From an uncultured Spirochaetota bacterium (GTDB lineage Bacteria; Spirochaetota; Spirochaetia; SZUA-6; Fen-1364), in the NCBI GenBank assembly GCA_963820525.1, contig CAWGAA010000003.1:928001-992000 (forward strand): DNA of 64,000 nucleotides, read 5' to 3'. A program made the translations under genes and the position numbers. Of this stretch, positions 19,171 to 29,491 are shown piece by piece. The notes below the pieces were generated by a model. The model was not told the origin of the DNA. It searched no databases and saw only the letters and a program-made list of their open reading frames with translations. Numbering within the stretch: position 1 is the first letter of the stretch; each line of letters starts with the position of its first letter.

Positions 19171-20378
19171 GAAGACTATTCGTGATCTTTTTGTGGACTT
19201 CGATTCTGGCCCAGGCGTTTGCTGAGAATATTTCAGCATACGGTACCGCTCAAGGCAATTTCACGGTGAATTCTTTTCAAAAAGACTCCCCATTGTACGC
19301 AAGCACAATGGGGGACTACAGCCTCGACAATTATATTTTGTTCAATGCCAATGCAAAGCTGTCCGCGGGCGCGGGGGCCTTTGTGGCGATCAATGCCGAC
19401 GTTCTCTTTCAAGAGCTGTTGGCAAGTGAAAACAACCAGGAATTGCAGACAATCGCTCCAACTCTCAACGAAGCTTACCTCAGTGTGCCTATTGCCGATT
19501 TTCTCTTTTTTACCCTGGGCAAAAAGCGCATCGTCTGGGGCACCGGCTTATCCTATAATCCAAGCGATTTCATCAATCCGCCCAAGGATCCGCTCAATCC
19601 GCGGCTGGAAAAGCGCGGCGTCTATTGCGCCATGCTCGAGCTTTTCACGGAAGCCTTGAGCGTTACCCAGGCAGTGGTGCTCTACGATCAGCTTGATCAT
19701 TTCGGTTACGGGACGAAACTCTCCACCTCCAGGCTCATTCCCTCCACGGACGTCTCACTCATCTTCTATTATTCAGATCACGCAAGATTCAATCTCGGAG
19801 CCGCATTCGACTCCACACCCTTCGGGCAGGTTCCGGTATTGGAAAACCTCGCCCTCCATGCCGAGGTGGGCTTCTCTCAAGTCTCGGAACGCCTGGTCTC
19901 CAATAACGATGTGCCTTTTCTCACCGTGCGCGAGTCACGTACTGATTTCTATAAGAACTTTTTGACCGGGCTGCGCTATACCATACCGGGCTGGGAAACG
20001 CTCATCGCGGTCGAATATTTCCATATCGACGACGGATACAGCCCTGCCGAGCTCGACTCGATCCTGAACCATGGATTCATCGCCCAAATCAACTATGAAC
20101 CGGGGCTCATGTGCCGCAATAATCTGATGATTTCGATCATGCAGCAGCAGCTTACCCGGCGTTCCAACGCCTTTACAGACGCTCTCGCTTTTTCCGCCAC
20201 GATGCTTCTCAACCTCGAGGACTCGAGCTTCATCATAACGGCGAAGATTGAAAGCTCCATAATTACAAACTGCCTGTTCGCCCTGGAAGCCGGATACTTC
20301 GCCGGCGGAAACGCGACTGAATACCGCATCTCCCCTAGGGAATTTTACGTCGGATTTTCAACAACTGTCGGGTTTTAG
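19167..20378 (+). CDS. Putative outer-membrane beta-barrel protein
   Basis: ATGA overlap; signal peptide; LNEAYL...GKKRIVWGTG...NPSD pattern; C-terminal Phe. Confidence 0.7.
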   Translation: MRRLFVIFLWTSILAQAFAENISAYGTAQGNFTVNSFQKDSPLYASTMGDYSLDNYILFNANAKLSAGAGAFVAINADVLFQELLASENNQELQTIAPTLNEAYLSVPIADFLFFTLGKKRIVWGTGLSYNPSDFINPPKDPLNPRLEKRGVYCAMLELFTEALSVTQAVVLYDQLDHFGYGTKLSTSRLIPSTDVSLIFYYSDHARFNLGAAFDSTPFGQVPVLENLALHAEVGFSQVSERLVSNNDVPFLTVRESRTDFYKNFLTGLRYTIPGWETLIAVEYFHIDDGYSPAELDSILNHGFIAQINYEPGLMCRNNLMISIMQQQLTRRSNAFTDALAFSATMLLNLEDSSFIITAKIESSIITNCLFALEAGYFAGGNATEYRISPREFYVGFSTTVGF

Positions 20379-21262
20379 GGGGTCGCGGTTTCCAAGAACT
20401 CCATTATTCTCTTATCCACAAGTTCAGGACGATCCATGGTGAGCGCATGCCCGGCGTCCGGAATGATTTCAGCGGTAATATCAGGAATCAACCGCCTGGC
20501 TCTTTCAATGCTTTTGCCGTCGTTAATGACATCATGATCCCCGATCAGCAATAATACCGGCAAATCCAGCGATTTCAGCTCGTCATCGGTGAACAGAGCC
20601 GGGGTGACGCCGATACCGGCCTTCAGATTGAAATATTTCACGGCTTTGAGATGCTGGTCGGTGAACGTCTTATCGTTTTTTTGCAGATTGACGGAAACGC
20701 TGTTTAGTATCCTATCAATAATTCTTTTTGTCGGGAACACCATGAGACGAAGGACATCCTTGATGAAGCCTGAGCTGGGAAAGGTGAATGTTACCGCCGG
20801 GCTCAGCAGCGCAATTCTGCTGACCCTGTTTCTGGAAAAAAGCGCCAGGTTGATTGCAAGCCATCCTCCGCGTGACAAACCGACGACTGCGGTTTTCTCA
20901 ATATGAAAATGGTCGAATATCCCGGTCAGCCAATCGGCCAGTTCCTTTCTGCTCTTGATTTGCCTGTCCGGAACGCTCTTCCCCGGCTCAATGATGGAAT
21001 CGATTGCGTAGACACGGTATTTGCAGGCCAAGTCCTTGATATTCGGATACCACATGGTCGAGCTGGCGTCCAGGCCATGCAGCAGGATCAGTGGTTCCGA
21101 ATTTTCCGGCCCGCTGATGATGATATGTGTTGTACCAAAGCTGGTTTTGACATCCGCTTCCATATAGGGAACAGGCCATAGCGCAAGCGTCTTCTCATAC
21201 GCTTCCAGGTATTCTCGTTCACCTTTCTCTGATTTGAATAGCGAGTAAGGTTTTTTGCTCAT
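20375..21262 (-). CDS. Alpha/beta hydrolase (carboxylesterase-like)
   Basis: LLHG, GLSRGG nucleophile, GDHD, AGH. Confidence 0.9.
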   Translation of the reverse strand: MSKKPYSLFKSEKGEREYLEAYEKTLALWPVPYMEADVKTSFGTTHIIISGPENSEPLILLHGLDASSTMWYPNIKDLACKYRVYAIDSIIEPGKSVPDRQIKSRKELADWLTGIFDHFHIEKTAVVGLSRGGWLAINLALFSRNRVSRIALLSPAVTFTFPSSGFIKDVLRLMVFPTKRIIDRILNSVSVNLQKNDKTFTDQHLKAVKYFNLKAGIGVTPALFTDDELKSLDLPVLLLIGDHDVINDGKSIERARRLIPDITAEIIPDAGHALTMDRPELVDKRIMEFLETATP

Positions 21263-21353
21263 GACTTCGCGGCCCCCCTACTATAGCCTCGCTTGGCCCG
21301 GGATGACAACGGCGGCCCTTGCCTCGATTCGCCTTCGGCACTATGGTGCAGCC

Positions 21354-22652
21354 ATGATCCGCCCGACCCCCTCGAAGCTGCGTTCGGCCTCGATCTACCA
21401 GATTTTCACCAGGAATTTCAGCAAGGAAGGCACTCTCCAGGCCGCCGCCTCCCGCCTTGCTGATGTGAAGCAGCTCGGCTTCGACTATGTATACCTCACA
21501 CCGGTCCACCCCATCGGCAGGCAACGGCGCAAGGGGAGCCTGGGCAGTCCCTACGCGATAGCGGATTACCGCTCAGTGGATCCCCTCCTCGGCGGTGAGG
21601 AGGGCTTGCGGCTCTTCATCGATCGAGCGCACGAGCTCGATCTCGGGGTAGTCATGGACGTGGTCTACAACCATACCTCGCCGGATTCGCTCCTCATGAA
21701 GAAGCACCCTTCCTGGTTCTGGAAAGGCCCGGACGGCACGCCGGGGCCGCGCATCGCGGACTGGTCTGACGTCGCAGACCTCGACTACTCGAACCGCGCG
21801 CTTTGGGACTACCAGATCGAGAGCCTCGAGGCCTGGGCGCGGTTCGGCGCCGACGGCTTCCGCTGCGATGTCGCGAGCCTGGTCCCCGTCGAGTTTTGGA
21901 TCGAGGCGAGGCGCCGGCTGTCCGGCGTGAAAGAGCTCCTCTGGCTCGCCGAGAGCGTTCACAAGGAGTTCGTCATCGAGCTCCGACGCCGCGGTCTCTA
22001 CGCCGCCTCAGACCCGGAGCTCCACGCGGCCTTCGACCTGACCTACGACTACGACGGCCGCGAGGAGCTGGAGGCGGCCTGGAAGGGCGAGAGCTCGCTC
22101 TCGTCCTACTTGAAGCACCTTCAGACACAGGAGGCCCTCTATCCCGAGCGCGCGGTCAAGCTTCGCTTCCTCGAGAACCACGACCAGGCGAGAGCTGCCT
22201 CGCGCTTCGGGACGGGAGCGCGCCTCCGCAATTGGACTCTGTTCACGATGCTCCTTCCCGGGACCTTCATGGCCTACATGGGCCAGGAGCTCGCGATGGA
22301 CAGGAGAATCGATCTCTTCGACGCTAAACCCATCCTCCCCGGCGAAGGGGACGGCTCCTTCAAGCCCTTCTTCGCGAAGGCCCTTTCAGTCACGCGGGAA
22401 ATCAAGGAATCCGCGCCACTTTTCGACGCCCGCCTCCTTGCCGAAGGCCTCGTCCTTATCCAGAGGCGCTCACGCAGCCAGGCCGGCGGAGGCTATGCCG
22501 TCCTCCTCAACCTCGACGGCCGCTCGGGCAGACTCAACCTTCCCGAGCTCGCCGCGATGCGCGGCGAAGACCTGATCTCCGGCTTGCCGGCCGAAATGGG
22601 ACCTTCCCTGGAGATAGGCCCCGAGCCGCTTGTTATCAGGGTGGCTTCCTGA
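21354..22652 (+). CDS. GH13 alpha-amylase family glycosidase
   Basis: Conserved regions DVVYNH, GFRCDVA, LAE and FLENHD. Confidence 0.92.
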   Translation: MIRPTPSKLRSASIYQIFTRNFSKEGTLQAAASRLADVKQLGFDYVYLTPVHPIGRQRRKGSLGSPYAIADYRSVDPLLGGEEGLRLFIDRAHELDLGVVMDVVYNHTSPDSLLMKKHPSWFWKGPDGTPGPRIADWSDVADLDYSNRALWDYQIESLEAWARFGADGFRCDVASLVPVEFWIEARRRLSGVKELLWLAESVHKEFVIELRRRGLYAASDPELHAAFDLTYDYDGREELEAAWKGESSLSSYLKHLQTQEALYPERAVKLRFLENHDQARAASRFGTGARLRNWTLFTMLLPGTFMAYMGQELAMDRRIDLFDAKPILPGEGDGSFKPFFAKALSVTREIKESAPLFDARLLAEGLVLIQRRSRSQAGGGYAVLLNLDGRSGRLNLPELAAMRGEDLISGLPAEMGPSLEIGPEPLVIRVAS

Positions 22653-23484
22653 ACCTCTCCGCGGCGCGAAGCACGGAGAGCGCATCGACGGTAACGAAGG
22701 GATTGGACACTCTCCTGCCGATCGGACCCCACTCTGCGAAACTCCCCCTGGTTACAAAGGTGTTGGATGTCCTACAGTTCCCCGTTTCCACGGGGAATCC
22801 GCCGTCGGGAAGTTGTTTCGAGGCAAGCAGGTCGAGTGCGTCCGCGCATCGGTCATCAGTCACCAGCCCGATCTCGGTCATGACCATAAGGGCGAAGAGA
22901 ACGTCATAGAAACGGATGGGATAGTGGATCCTGGTTATATCGCCACCCCATGCCGGCCGTATGAGAGCACCGTCACGCATCCGATAGAGCAGCTTACGCT
23001 TGAGGAGAAAACTCACAGTCTTCCGTGCGCAATCTATGGCAGCACCGTAGTCAAATGTGCGGCCGTACAGCATCAACGCTCGAAGAGGGATCAGGGTCTC
23101 AATGACCGATGAGCTTCGGGCATCCGGCCGTTTGTCACAGTTCCACCCCCCGTCGGGCCACTGCAGATCTATGAGCCGGTCCACAAAGAGCCTTGTGCGG
23201 TCATCGACAAGCCCCAGGACCATCGAGTACCAGATGGCGTTGCCTTCCTGGGAGGCGCAGCGCCGCACCCGGTCCTCCTGGCCGGGTATCCTCAGGCTCC
23301 GCGGGAATTGCATGTGCTCCGGAGCAAGCAGCCATTCATACACCTGATCGCGCAGCGGCCGGAGCGTTTCGTCCCCCGGCGGATAGTCGATCAGGGCGAG
23401 GCTGTAGAGTATCCAGTGAGGCCCTTGCCACTTCTTGTAGGGGTTTGCGGGAATCGTGCCGTCCGGGCCGCGGTGACTCGACAA
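22636..23484 (-). CDS. Prenyltransferase / squalene-cyclase-repeat-like alpha-alpha barrel protein, possibly 5'-truncated
   Basis: QW-like repeats QWPDGGWNC and QLPDGGF; weak TTG start with no clear RBS. Confidence 0.6.
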   Translation of the reverse strand: MSSHRGPDGTIPANPYKKWQGPHWILYSLALIDYPPGDETLRPLRDQVYEWLLAPEHMQFPRSLRIPGQEDRVRRCASQEGNAIWYSMVLGLVDDRTRLFVDRLIDLQWPDGGWNCDKRPDARSSSVIETLIPLRALMLYGRTFDYGAAIDCARKTVSFLLKRKLLYRMRDGALIRPAWGGDITRIHYPIRFYDVLFALMVMTEIGLVTDDRCADALDLLASKQLPDGGFPVETGNCRTSNTFVTRGSFAEWGPIGRRVSNPFVTVDALSVLRAAERFRKPP

Positions 23485-23691
23485 GTCTTTCGGCGATCAC
23501 CCGTATTTACCCTACTGATTGCCCTGATGGTAACGTTCCAATGTTGCCATTGTCAACAAAAAGCGTGCAGAGAGAGCTCGGAACAGCCTCAAGCTTTTCG
23601 CTTCACTCCGGATTGGAGTCTTGAGTACCTTATTCAAGTTATCACCATCGCCGATCTTCGGCGTTACAAGGATTTGAAGGAGACTTCACGA

Positions 23692-25107
23692 ATGAGTGAA
23701 GGCGCAAGTATTTTCATGGAGCCGCACATTGATAATAAGCGGTGGTGGGCGCTCATTGGCGCATCTCTTGCCGTATTCATGGCCGCGCTCGACGGCAATG
23801 TCGTCAATGTCGCGCTTCCGATCATGGCGCAGATGTTTCACGTCACCAGGGACATCCGGTGGGTTTCCCTGAGCTATTTTCTTCCAACGACTGCTTTCTT
23901 GGGGATATTCGGCGCCCTCTCGGACCTCGTAGGTCGGAAGCGGGTGATCCTTGCGGGGGTCCTGCTTTTCATTGCCGGAAGCGTTCTCTGCGGGACCGCG
24001 GGATCACTCGGGCAGATGATACTGTACAGGGTGATCCAGGGGATCGGTGGATCGTGCATCGGCTCCGCGATAATAGCAATCGCGACGGTCAATTTTGCGC
24101 CCAAGGAGAGGGGAAGGTCGATGGCCGTGATAGGCCTGATCGCACCCCTGGGCGCCGTCGTGGGACCGGGCGTTGGAGGATTGCTCATCGGCGCCCTTGG
24201 CTGGCCCGCGATTTTTTTCATCAACGTGCCTTTTGGCATTATTTCTTTCCTCCTGATCGCGCGGCTGCTCCCGAAAGACCAGCCCGGGCAGGGGCACGGT
24301 TTCGACGTGCCCGGAGCCGTTCTCTTCTCCGCGGCGCTTTTCTTGCTTCTTTTGGGGCTTGCCCCCGGAGCCAATGGGTTGAGCATGCTCGACTATGTTC
24401 TCCTGGCGGGCTCGGCGGCGGCCGTGCTCGGCTTCCTGGCCGTGGAACGCAAAGCGCGTTTTCCCCTCGTGCCGCTGTCGCTTCTGCGCCGGAGCCGGTT
24501 CTCGATCCCCCTTGCCGGGATCTTGACCTCTTCTATCGTGGGAATCGGCCTCGGATTCATCATGCCCTTTTTTCTGGAAGAGACTCTCCGTTTCGATCCG
24601 GAGCACGCGGGGCTCACGCTGCTGTTCTTTCCGCTCGCGATGGCGCTGGCCTCCCAGGCGGCCGGGCGGCTCACGGACCGCTTCAATCCCATCCTGCCAG
24701 CATCCATCGGGGCGGCGACCTGCCTTTTCGGGCTCTTGATGCTCTTGCCCCTGGACAGCCACTGGCGGATGGCTGACGTGGCGCTGCGGTTTGCCATTGG
24801 AGGTTTCGGCACGGGGCTTTTTCTTTCTCCAAGCAGCGTCGCGGTCATGGCTGCCGCTCCTCCTGAGCACATCGGAGTCGGAGGGGCTCTCACGAATACC
24901 GCGCGCTACCTCGGCTTTGCCCTCGGGCCCACGTTGGCAACGATATTCTGGAACCCCGGCCTTCACGGCGCCGCGAGCGTCTCCGCCATGCGCGTTGTGT
25001 TGTTCATCCTGGCCGCCATCCAGGCCGCGACGCTCGCCACGGTGCTGAGCTACAGGGTGGAGAGGAAGGACGTTTCGACCCGGCCGCGCATTGAATCGGC
25101 CCTTTGA
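23692..25107 (+). CDS. MFS DHA2-family efflux transporter
   Basis: LDGNVVNVALP, SDLVGRK, RVIQGIG, GWPAIFFINVP; about 14 TMs; GAAGGAG RBS. Confidence 0.92.
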   Translation: MSEGASIFMEPHIDNKRWWALIGASLAVFMAALDGNVVNVALPIMAQMFHVTRDIRWVSLSYFLPTTAFLGIFGALSDLVGRKRVILAGVLLFIAGSVLCGTAGSLGQMILYRVIQGIGGSCIGSAIIAIATVNFAPKERGRSMAVIGLIAPLGAVVGPGVGGLLIGALGWPAIFFINVPFGIISFLLIARLLPKDQPGQGHGFDVPGAVLFSAALFLLLLGLAPGANGLSMLDYVLLAGSAAAVLGFLAVERKARFPLVPLSLLRRSRFSIPLAGILTSSIVGIGLGFIMPFFLEETLRFDPEHAGLTLLFFPLAMALASQAAGRLTDRFNPILPASIGAATCLFGLLMLLPLDSHWRMADVALRFAIGGFGTGLFLSPSSVAVMAAAPPEHIGVGGALTNTARYLGFALGPTLATIFWNPGLHGAASVSAMRVVLFILAAIQAATLATVLSYRVERKDVSTRPRIESAL

Positions 25108-25281
25108 TCGCTACGCGATCCCTGCCAAAAACTCCTTCGCCTTCTCCTCACTGTCGCACACCTTGAGGTCAATTATCGGTGCGCTTTCTGCCAGGGACGG
25201 GCGAGCCTGGCTGTGCCGCTAAACCCTCCGCCGGCGGGGGAGGCCCACACGCCTCTGTCGCCAAGTCCCCGACGCGATGTT

Positions 25282-26698
25282 TCACGTCCGCCCCAAGCGG
25301 CCGCGTAGGCCGCGGCTGAGAATCGCCACCCCTTCTTCGATCTGTCCGGCGCTCAGCATCCCATAGCCGAAAATGAGGGTGTCCTCGAAGCGCCCTTTTC
25401 GGATTGCGTGGTCTTCCACCGGATAGAGCCCGACGCCGCCCGCCTCGATCCTGCTTATGAGCTCGGGGGTGAAGCAAACGCCGTGAAACCTGGCGCAGAG
25501 ATGCAGCCCAGCGGGGCTTCCCAGCACCTCCACCGCATCTCCAAGATGACGGACAAGGGATTCGACCAGGGTCTTGCGCCGCGCCTGATAGATCTTCTTC
25601 ATGACATGCACGTACCTGGCGAAATGACCGTCTGCAATGAAGCGGGCAAGCACGAGCTGCTCAACCGAAGAGTTGTGCAGGTCTGTGAACCATTTGACCT
25701 CCCTCCCCCGGTTGACCAGCTCCGGGGGAAGCACGATGTATCCGATCCTGATTGACGGGCAGAGGGTCTTGCTGAAGGTGCCGATGTATACCACCCGGCT
25801 CGGATCCAAGCCCTGGATAGAGCCGATGGGCGGGGAGTCGTACCTGAACTCGCTGTCGTAGTCGTCCTCCACGACGAACGCACCGAGCGCGCTCGCGCGT
25901 TCCAAAAGTCGAACCCGCCTTTGGATGGGCATCGTGGCGCCCAGGGGAAACTGATGGGAAGGAGTCACGTAGATGAATGCGTGACGCGCATTCCTGGGCA
26001 GCGCATCGATCTCCATGCCATGAGCGTCCACGGGCGCGGCCGCGATCCTTGCGCCGTTTGCGGCCACGATGCGCTGGATGTCCGAGGTGATCGGATCTTC
26101 AAGCACGCAGCTGCCGCGGCCGCCCAAAAGCAGGAGCCTGCTCACGATCCCCACCGCCTGCGTCGTTCCCGCGGTCACGATGATCTGCTCCGGGTGGCAG
26201 CGGACCCCGCGCTGGGCCGCGATGGAACGGGAGATCTCGGCTCGAAGCTCCGGGCGGCCCTCGGGCTGGCCGTAGGAGAGGTCAAGCGGTGTGAGCTTCT
26301 CCCACACCTCCCGGCTCAACCGCTGCCAGGTTCCTCACGGGGAAGCGGCTCAGCTCAGGCAGGCCGGAGCGAAAATCAATGCGGTCGGTGCGCAGCGGCC
26401 GAAAACCCCTTTGCCGTATGCTTGAAATGTCCGGCATCGGGGTGGGTGAAAATGACGCGCCCGCCGCCACAAAGCTTCCCGAGCCTGCCCGGCTCTCGAG
26501 GTACCCCTCGGCCAGGAGCTGGTCGTAGGCGTTCATGACGATATTGCGGGAGACCTTGAGCTCGCGCGCCGTCTCCCTGGTGGAAGCGAGGCGCTCCCCT
26601 GGAGGGAGCGCTCCAGAGAGGATCAGGTCCCGCAGACGCGTGTAGATCTGGCGGGTGAGCGGCTCCCGGGCGTTCCTGTCCACTGCAAGGAACGACAT
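25282..26698 (-). CDS. MocR/GabR-type regulator (GntR HTH + PLP aminotransferase domain), frameshifted as assembled
   Basis: HTH (LASTRETARELKVSRN) and YVTPSHQFPLG, EDDYDSEF, GTFSK (PLP Lys). One extra base at ~26331 separates the two ORFs. Confidence 0.9.
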
Positions 26699-26711
26699 TT
26701 TCTGCCCCTCC

Positions 26712-26759
26712 AAGTGGCTCCATCGATTATTCATATAAGTGGCGCTACTGTAAACCAGT
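26712..26759. promoter_or_regulatory. Probable MocR-type binding repeats
   Basis: Direct repeats AAGTGGC at 26712-26718 and 26737-26743 plus an inverted-like AACCAGT at 26753-26759, in the divergent intergenic region. Confidence 0.55.
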
Positions 26760-26784
26760 CTTTTCCTCCAATATTTCAAGCGCC

Positions 26785-27753
26785 ATGAGTGAGATGCCAA
26801 TGAGGGAGGAGGCGCGGGGTCCTCACCGGAGGGGCAGCGAGAGGACATTCGAGGAGGAGGCGCTCGCCCTTCACCGCAGCAGGAGCGAGCTGTGGGGACT
26901 GCTGGAGATCACGCTCGCCATGACGCTGGCCGGAAGCACCGTCGTTGTCGGCAAGATCCTGTCCGTGCGCGTTCCCGTGTTCCTCTCCGCGGAGCTTTCC
27001 CTCTGCGCCGCCTTCCTCGCGGTGCTTCCCGCGCAAGTGGCTCACTGGCGGGAGCTCCGCCTTTTGGGCGCGCGAGAGCTCGGCTACATGCTCCTCCAGG
27101 CCCTCTTCGGCATCGTGCTCTTCCGAGCGCTCACGCTCTATGGCCTGCGCTTCACGTCCGCGGTCCACGCGGGGCTTGTCACGAGCGCAGCCCCGGCGCT
27201 GATGGCCGTTTTCGCGGGCGTGTTTCTCAAGGAGCGAATCGGCGGCCGCGGTCTTGTCGGGATAGGTTTCACAATGGCCGGCCTTCTCGCCATCAACCTC
27301 CCCGGGCTCCTCGGAACACCGCAGCCGGGCTTCCTGATGGGAGATCTTTTGGTCCTCGGCGCGACTGCGTGCGAGGCGTTTCTGACGATCTTCAGAAAAT
27401 CCTCGGGAGGGCGAATCGGCTCCGTCACCAATACGACGGTCCTGGTTGCGATGAGCGCCGTGATCCTCCTTCCTTTCGCCATCTTGGACCTCCGAGCCTT
27501 CCGCCTTCAGGCGATCGACCTTGCGGGATGGATTTCAGTTCTCTATTATGGAGCGGTTGCCACGGTCATTGCATATATTCTCTGGGGCGACGGAGCGCTT
27601 CGGATTCCGGCCAGCAGGACGGGGATTGCCTCGGCTGCCTTGTCGGTGAGCGCTCTTGTTCTGTCCGCGCTCATCCTGGGAGAAAGGCTTGACGCCGTGC
27701 TCGTGACAGGATGCTCCTTGGTCGTAGCGGGCATCGTGATAGCGAGGAAATAA
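26785..27753 (+). CDS. DMT / EamA-family transporter
   Basis: About 10 TMs in two repeats (FLKERI, ILGERL). Confidence 0.9.
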   Translation: MSEMPMREEARGPHRRGSERTFEEEALALHRSRSELWGLLEITLAMTLAGSTVVVGKILSVRVPVFLSAELSLCAAFLAVLPAQVAHWRELRLLGARELGYMLLQALFGIVLFRALTLYGLRFTSAVHAGLVTSAAPALMAVFAGVFLKERIGGRGLVGIGFTMAGLLAINLPGLLGTPQPGFLMGDLLVLGATACEAFLTIFRKSSGGRIGSVTNTTVLVAMSAVILLPFAILDLRAFRLQAIDLAGWISVLYYGAVATVIAYILWGDGALRIPASRTGIASAALSVSALVLSALILGERLDAVLVTGCSLVVAGIVIARK

Positions 27754-27770
27754 GAAGGAGGATGCAGGAG

Positions 27771-28442
27771 ATGATGAACGTCTCACAGAGCTGGAAGGAC
27801 GCCTACCCCGGAGCGGTCATTGGATTGCTCGTCATGCACGGCGCCAGGAATCCCACCGGCCATGCCGGGCTTGAAGATCTCAAGACGAAGCTGGAAGGCG
27901 AGCTGCGCGAGCGTTTCATGGCCGGCAGCAAGGAGGCGCTGAAAGCCGAGCCGGCCATGGCTGCATACATTGGCTATTATAGAAAATTCAAAAAAAGCTA
28001 CCACGTCGCCCTGCAGCTCGAATCCATCATCTGGAAAGGGCGCTCGATCCCATCCGTGAGCTCCCTGGTGGAAGCGATGTTCATGGCCGAGCTGAAGAAC
28101 ATGCTCCTCACCGCGGGTCACGATCTGGGTGCGCTTTCCCTCCCCCTAACGATAGACGTTGCTGCGGGAACCGAGCGCTACACGACGATGCGGGGAGAGG
28201 AGCAGGTCCTCAAGGCGGGTGACATGCGGATCAGTGACTCAGGGGGAATAATCTCCTGTATCCTCTACGGTCCGGATCAGCGCACGAGGATTTCAGAGCG
28301 GACGAGGGACGTTGTATTCACGGTCTACGCGCCGGCAGGCGTTGGAGATCAGAGGGTCCGCGCGCATCTCGAGGACATCCAGGGCTTCGTCAGGGTTGTC
28401 TCCCCGGATGCCGCAACGGAGCGCCTGGAGATTTTTTCGTGA
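27771..28442 (+). CDS. Stand-alone B3/B4 (PheT editing-like) domain protein
   Basis: AYIGYYRKF, IPSVSSLVEA, AGHDL, GPDQRTRIS patterns; AAGGAGG RBS. Confidence 0.85.
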   Translation: MMNVSQSWKDAYPGAVIGLLVMHGARNPTGHAGLEDLKTKLEGELRERFMAGSKEALKAEPAMAAYIGYYRKFKKSYHVALQLESIIWKGRSIPSVSSLVEAMFMAELKNMLLTAGHDLGALSLPLTIDVAAGTERYTTMRGEEQVLKAGDMRISDSGGIISCILYGPDQRTRISERTRDVVFTVYAPAGVGDQRVRAHLEDIQGFVRVVSPDAATERLEIFS

Positions 28443-28528
28443 AATGAGCCGCTGGCGGCGGCCCATCTCAGCAGGCTGAGCGTCAGATGGTTGACGGATG
28501 CCGCGGCGGATCGTAGGATGGTTCCCCT

Positions 28529-29281
28529 ATGGAAGAACGGGGCATTCTGGAAGGAAGGATCGCATTCGTCACCGGCGCGGATAGGGGGTTGGGCGCCTCG
28601 CTCGCAGCCGCTCTCCTGGCGCGGGGATGCCGTGTTTTTGCTGGAAGATTATCTTCCAACTCCGGTGCGCTTGAAGCCCTGGCCGGCCGCTTTGCCGACA
28701 AGCTTCTTATCGTCCCCCTGGACATTGCGAGCGATGAAAGCGTGGCTCGCGCGGCCCGGCGCGCCGGGGAAGCGGCAGACAGGATCGACATCCTGATCAA
28801 CAACGCCGCCATCCTGGGTGACATCGAATCCAGGCTTGGCGGCTCGATAGACTTCCCGGACATCCTCCGCGTCTTTGATGTAAACGCCGTTGGGCCCTTG
28901 AGGGTCACCAACGCGCTGGCCGGGCTCCTCCTTGCGGGGGACTCCAGGCTGGTCGTCAACATTTCATCAGAGTCGGGCAGCATCGGCTTGTGCAGCCGGG
29001 ACGGCTGGTTCGCCTACTACATGTCGAAGTCTGCGCTGAACATGCAGTCAGCCCTGGTTCACAATGACCTGCGCCCGCGCGGCGGGAAGGTCGTCGTGAT
29101 CCACCCGGGCTGGATGAGGCCCTGGATGCGCGGCGCGCTGGACAGCGCAGCGCCCAACTCTCCCGACCAGTCAGCCGAAGGGATCATCGCGATCATCGAG
29201 CGCGCCATGAGCGGAGACCCAGCCTTCAGCGCGGATCGCCCCGCCTATCTCGACTTCCAGGGCAAACCCCTTCCGTGGTGA
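28529..29281 (+). CDS. Short-chain dehydrogenase/reductase (C-factor-like)
   Basis: TGADRGLG, NNAA, YYMSK, HPGW. Confidence 0.92.
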   Translation: MEERGILEGRIAFVTGADRGLGASLAAALLARGCRVFAGRLSSNSGALEALAGRFADKLLIVPLDIASDESVARAARRAGEAADRIDILINNAAILGDIESRLGGSIDFPDILRVFDVNAVGPLRVTNALAGLLLAGDSRLVVNISSESGSIGLCSRDGWFAYYMSKSALNMQSALVHNDLRPRGGKVVVIHPGWMRPWMRGALDSAAPNSPDQSAEGIIAIIERAMSGDPAFSADRPAYLDFQGKPLPW

Positions 29282-29294
29282 GAAGGGCCGCGGT

Positions 29295-29365
29295 GTCGGC
29301 GGCCGGCTGAAGCTCGTTCACGGCATCCGGCCGTTGTCGTCGGCGGCCGGCTGAAGCTCGTTCAC
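29295..29365. repeat. 27-bp direct repeat, two copies
   Basis: gtcggcggccggctgaagctcgttcac at 29295-29321 and 29339-29365. Confidence 0.85.
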
Positions 29366-29491
29366 CGGCCGATGACGCCGGCGGCCGGCCTCTTGGTTCC
29401 GCGATCGACGGCCGCGTACCGCGGGCGCCGGGTGTTCACGAGAAGCAGCCTGCTCCTTGAACCGGCACAGGGGGGAAAGTACACTTTGCGC

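Noticed and set aside
12187..21262. Defined mobile element for the lower-GC block
   Set aside because: No integrase, transposase, tRNA target or flanking repeats were seen; composition alone is insufficient.
25111..25167. Gene 3'-end remnant on the minus strand (LKVCDSEEKAKEFLAGIA*)
   Set aside because: Protein-like but only 18 codons; too short to support as a feature.
29295..29365. Mini CRISPR array
   Set aside because: Only two repeats, a 17-bp spacer and no cas genes.
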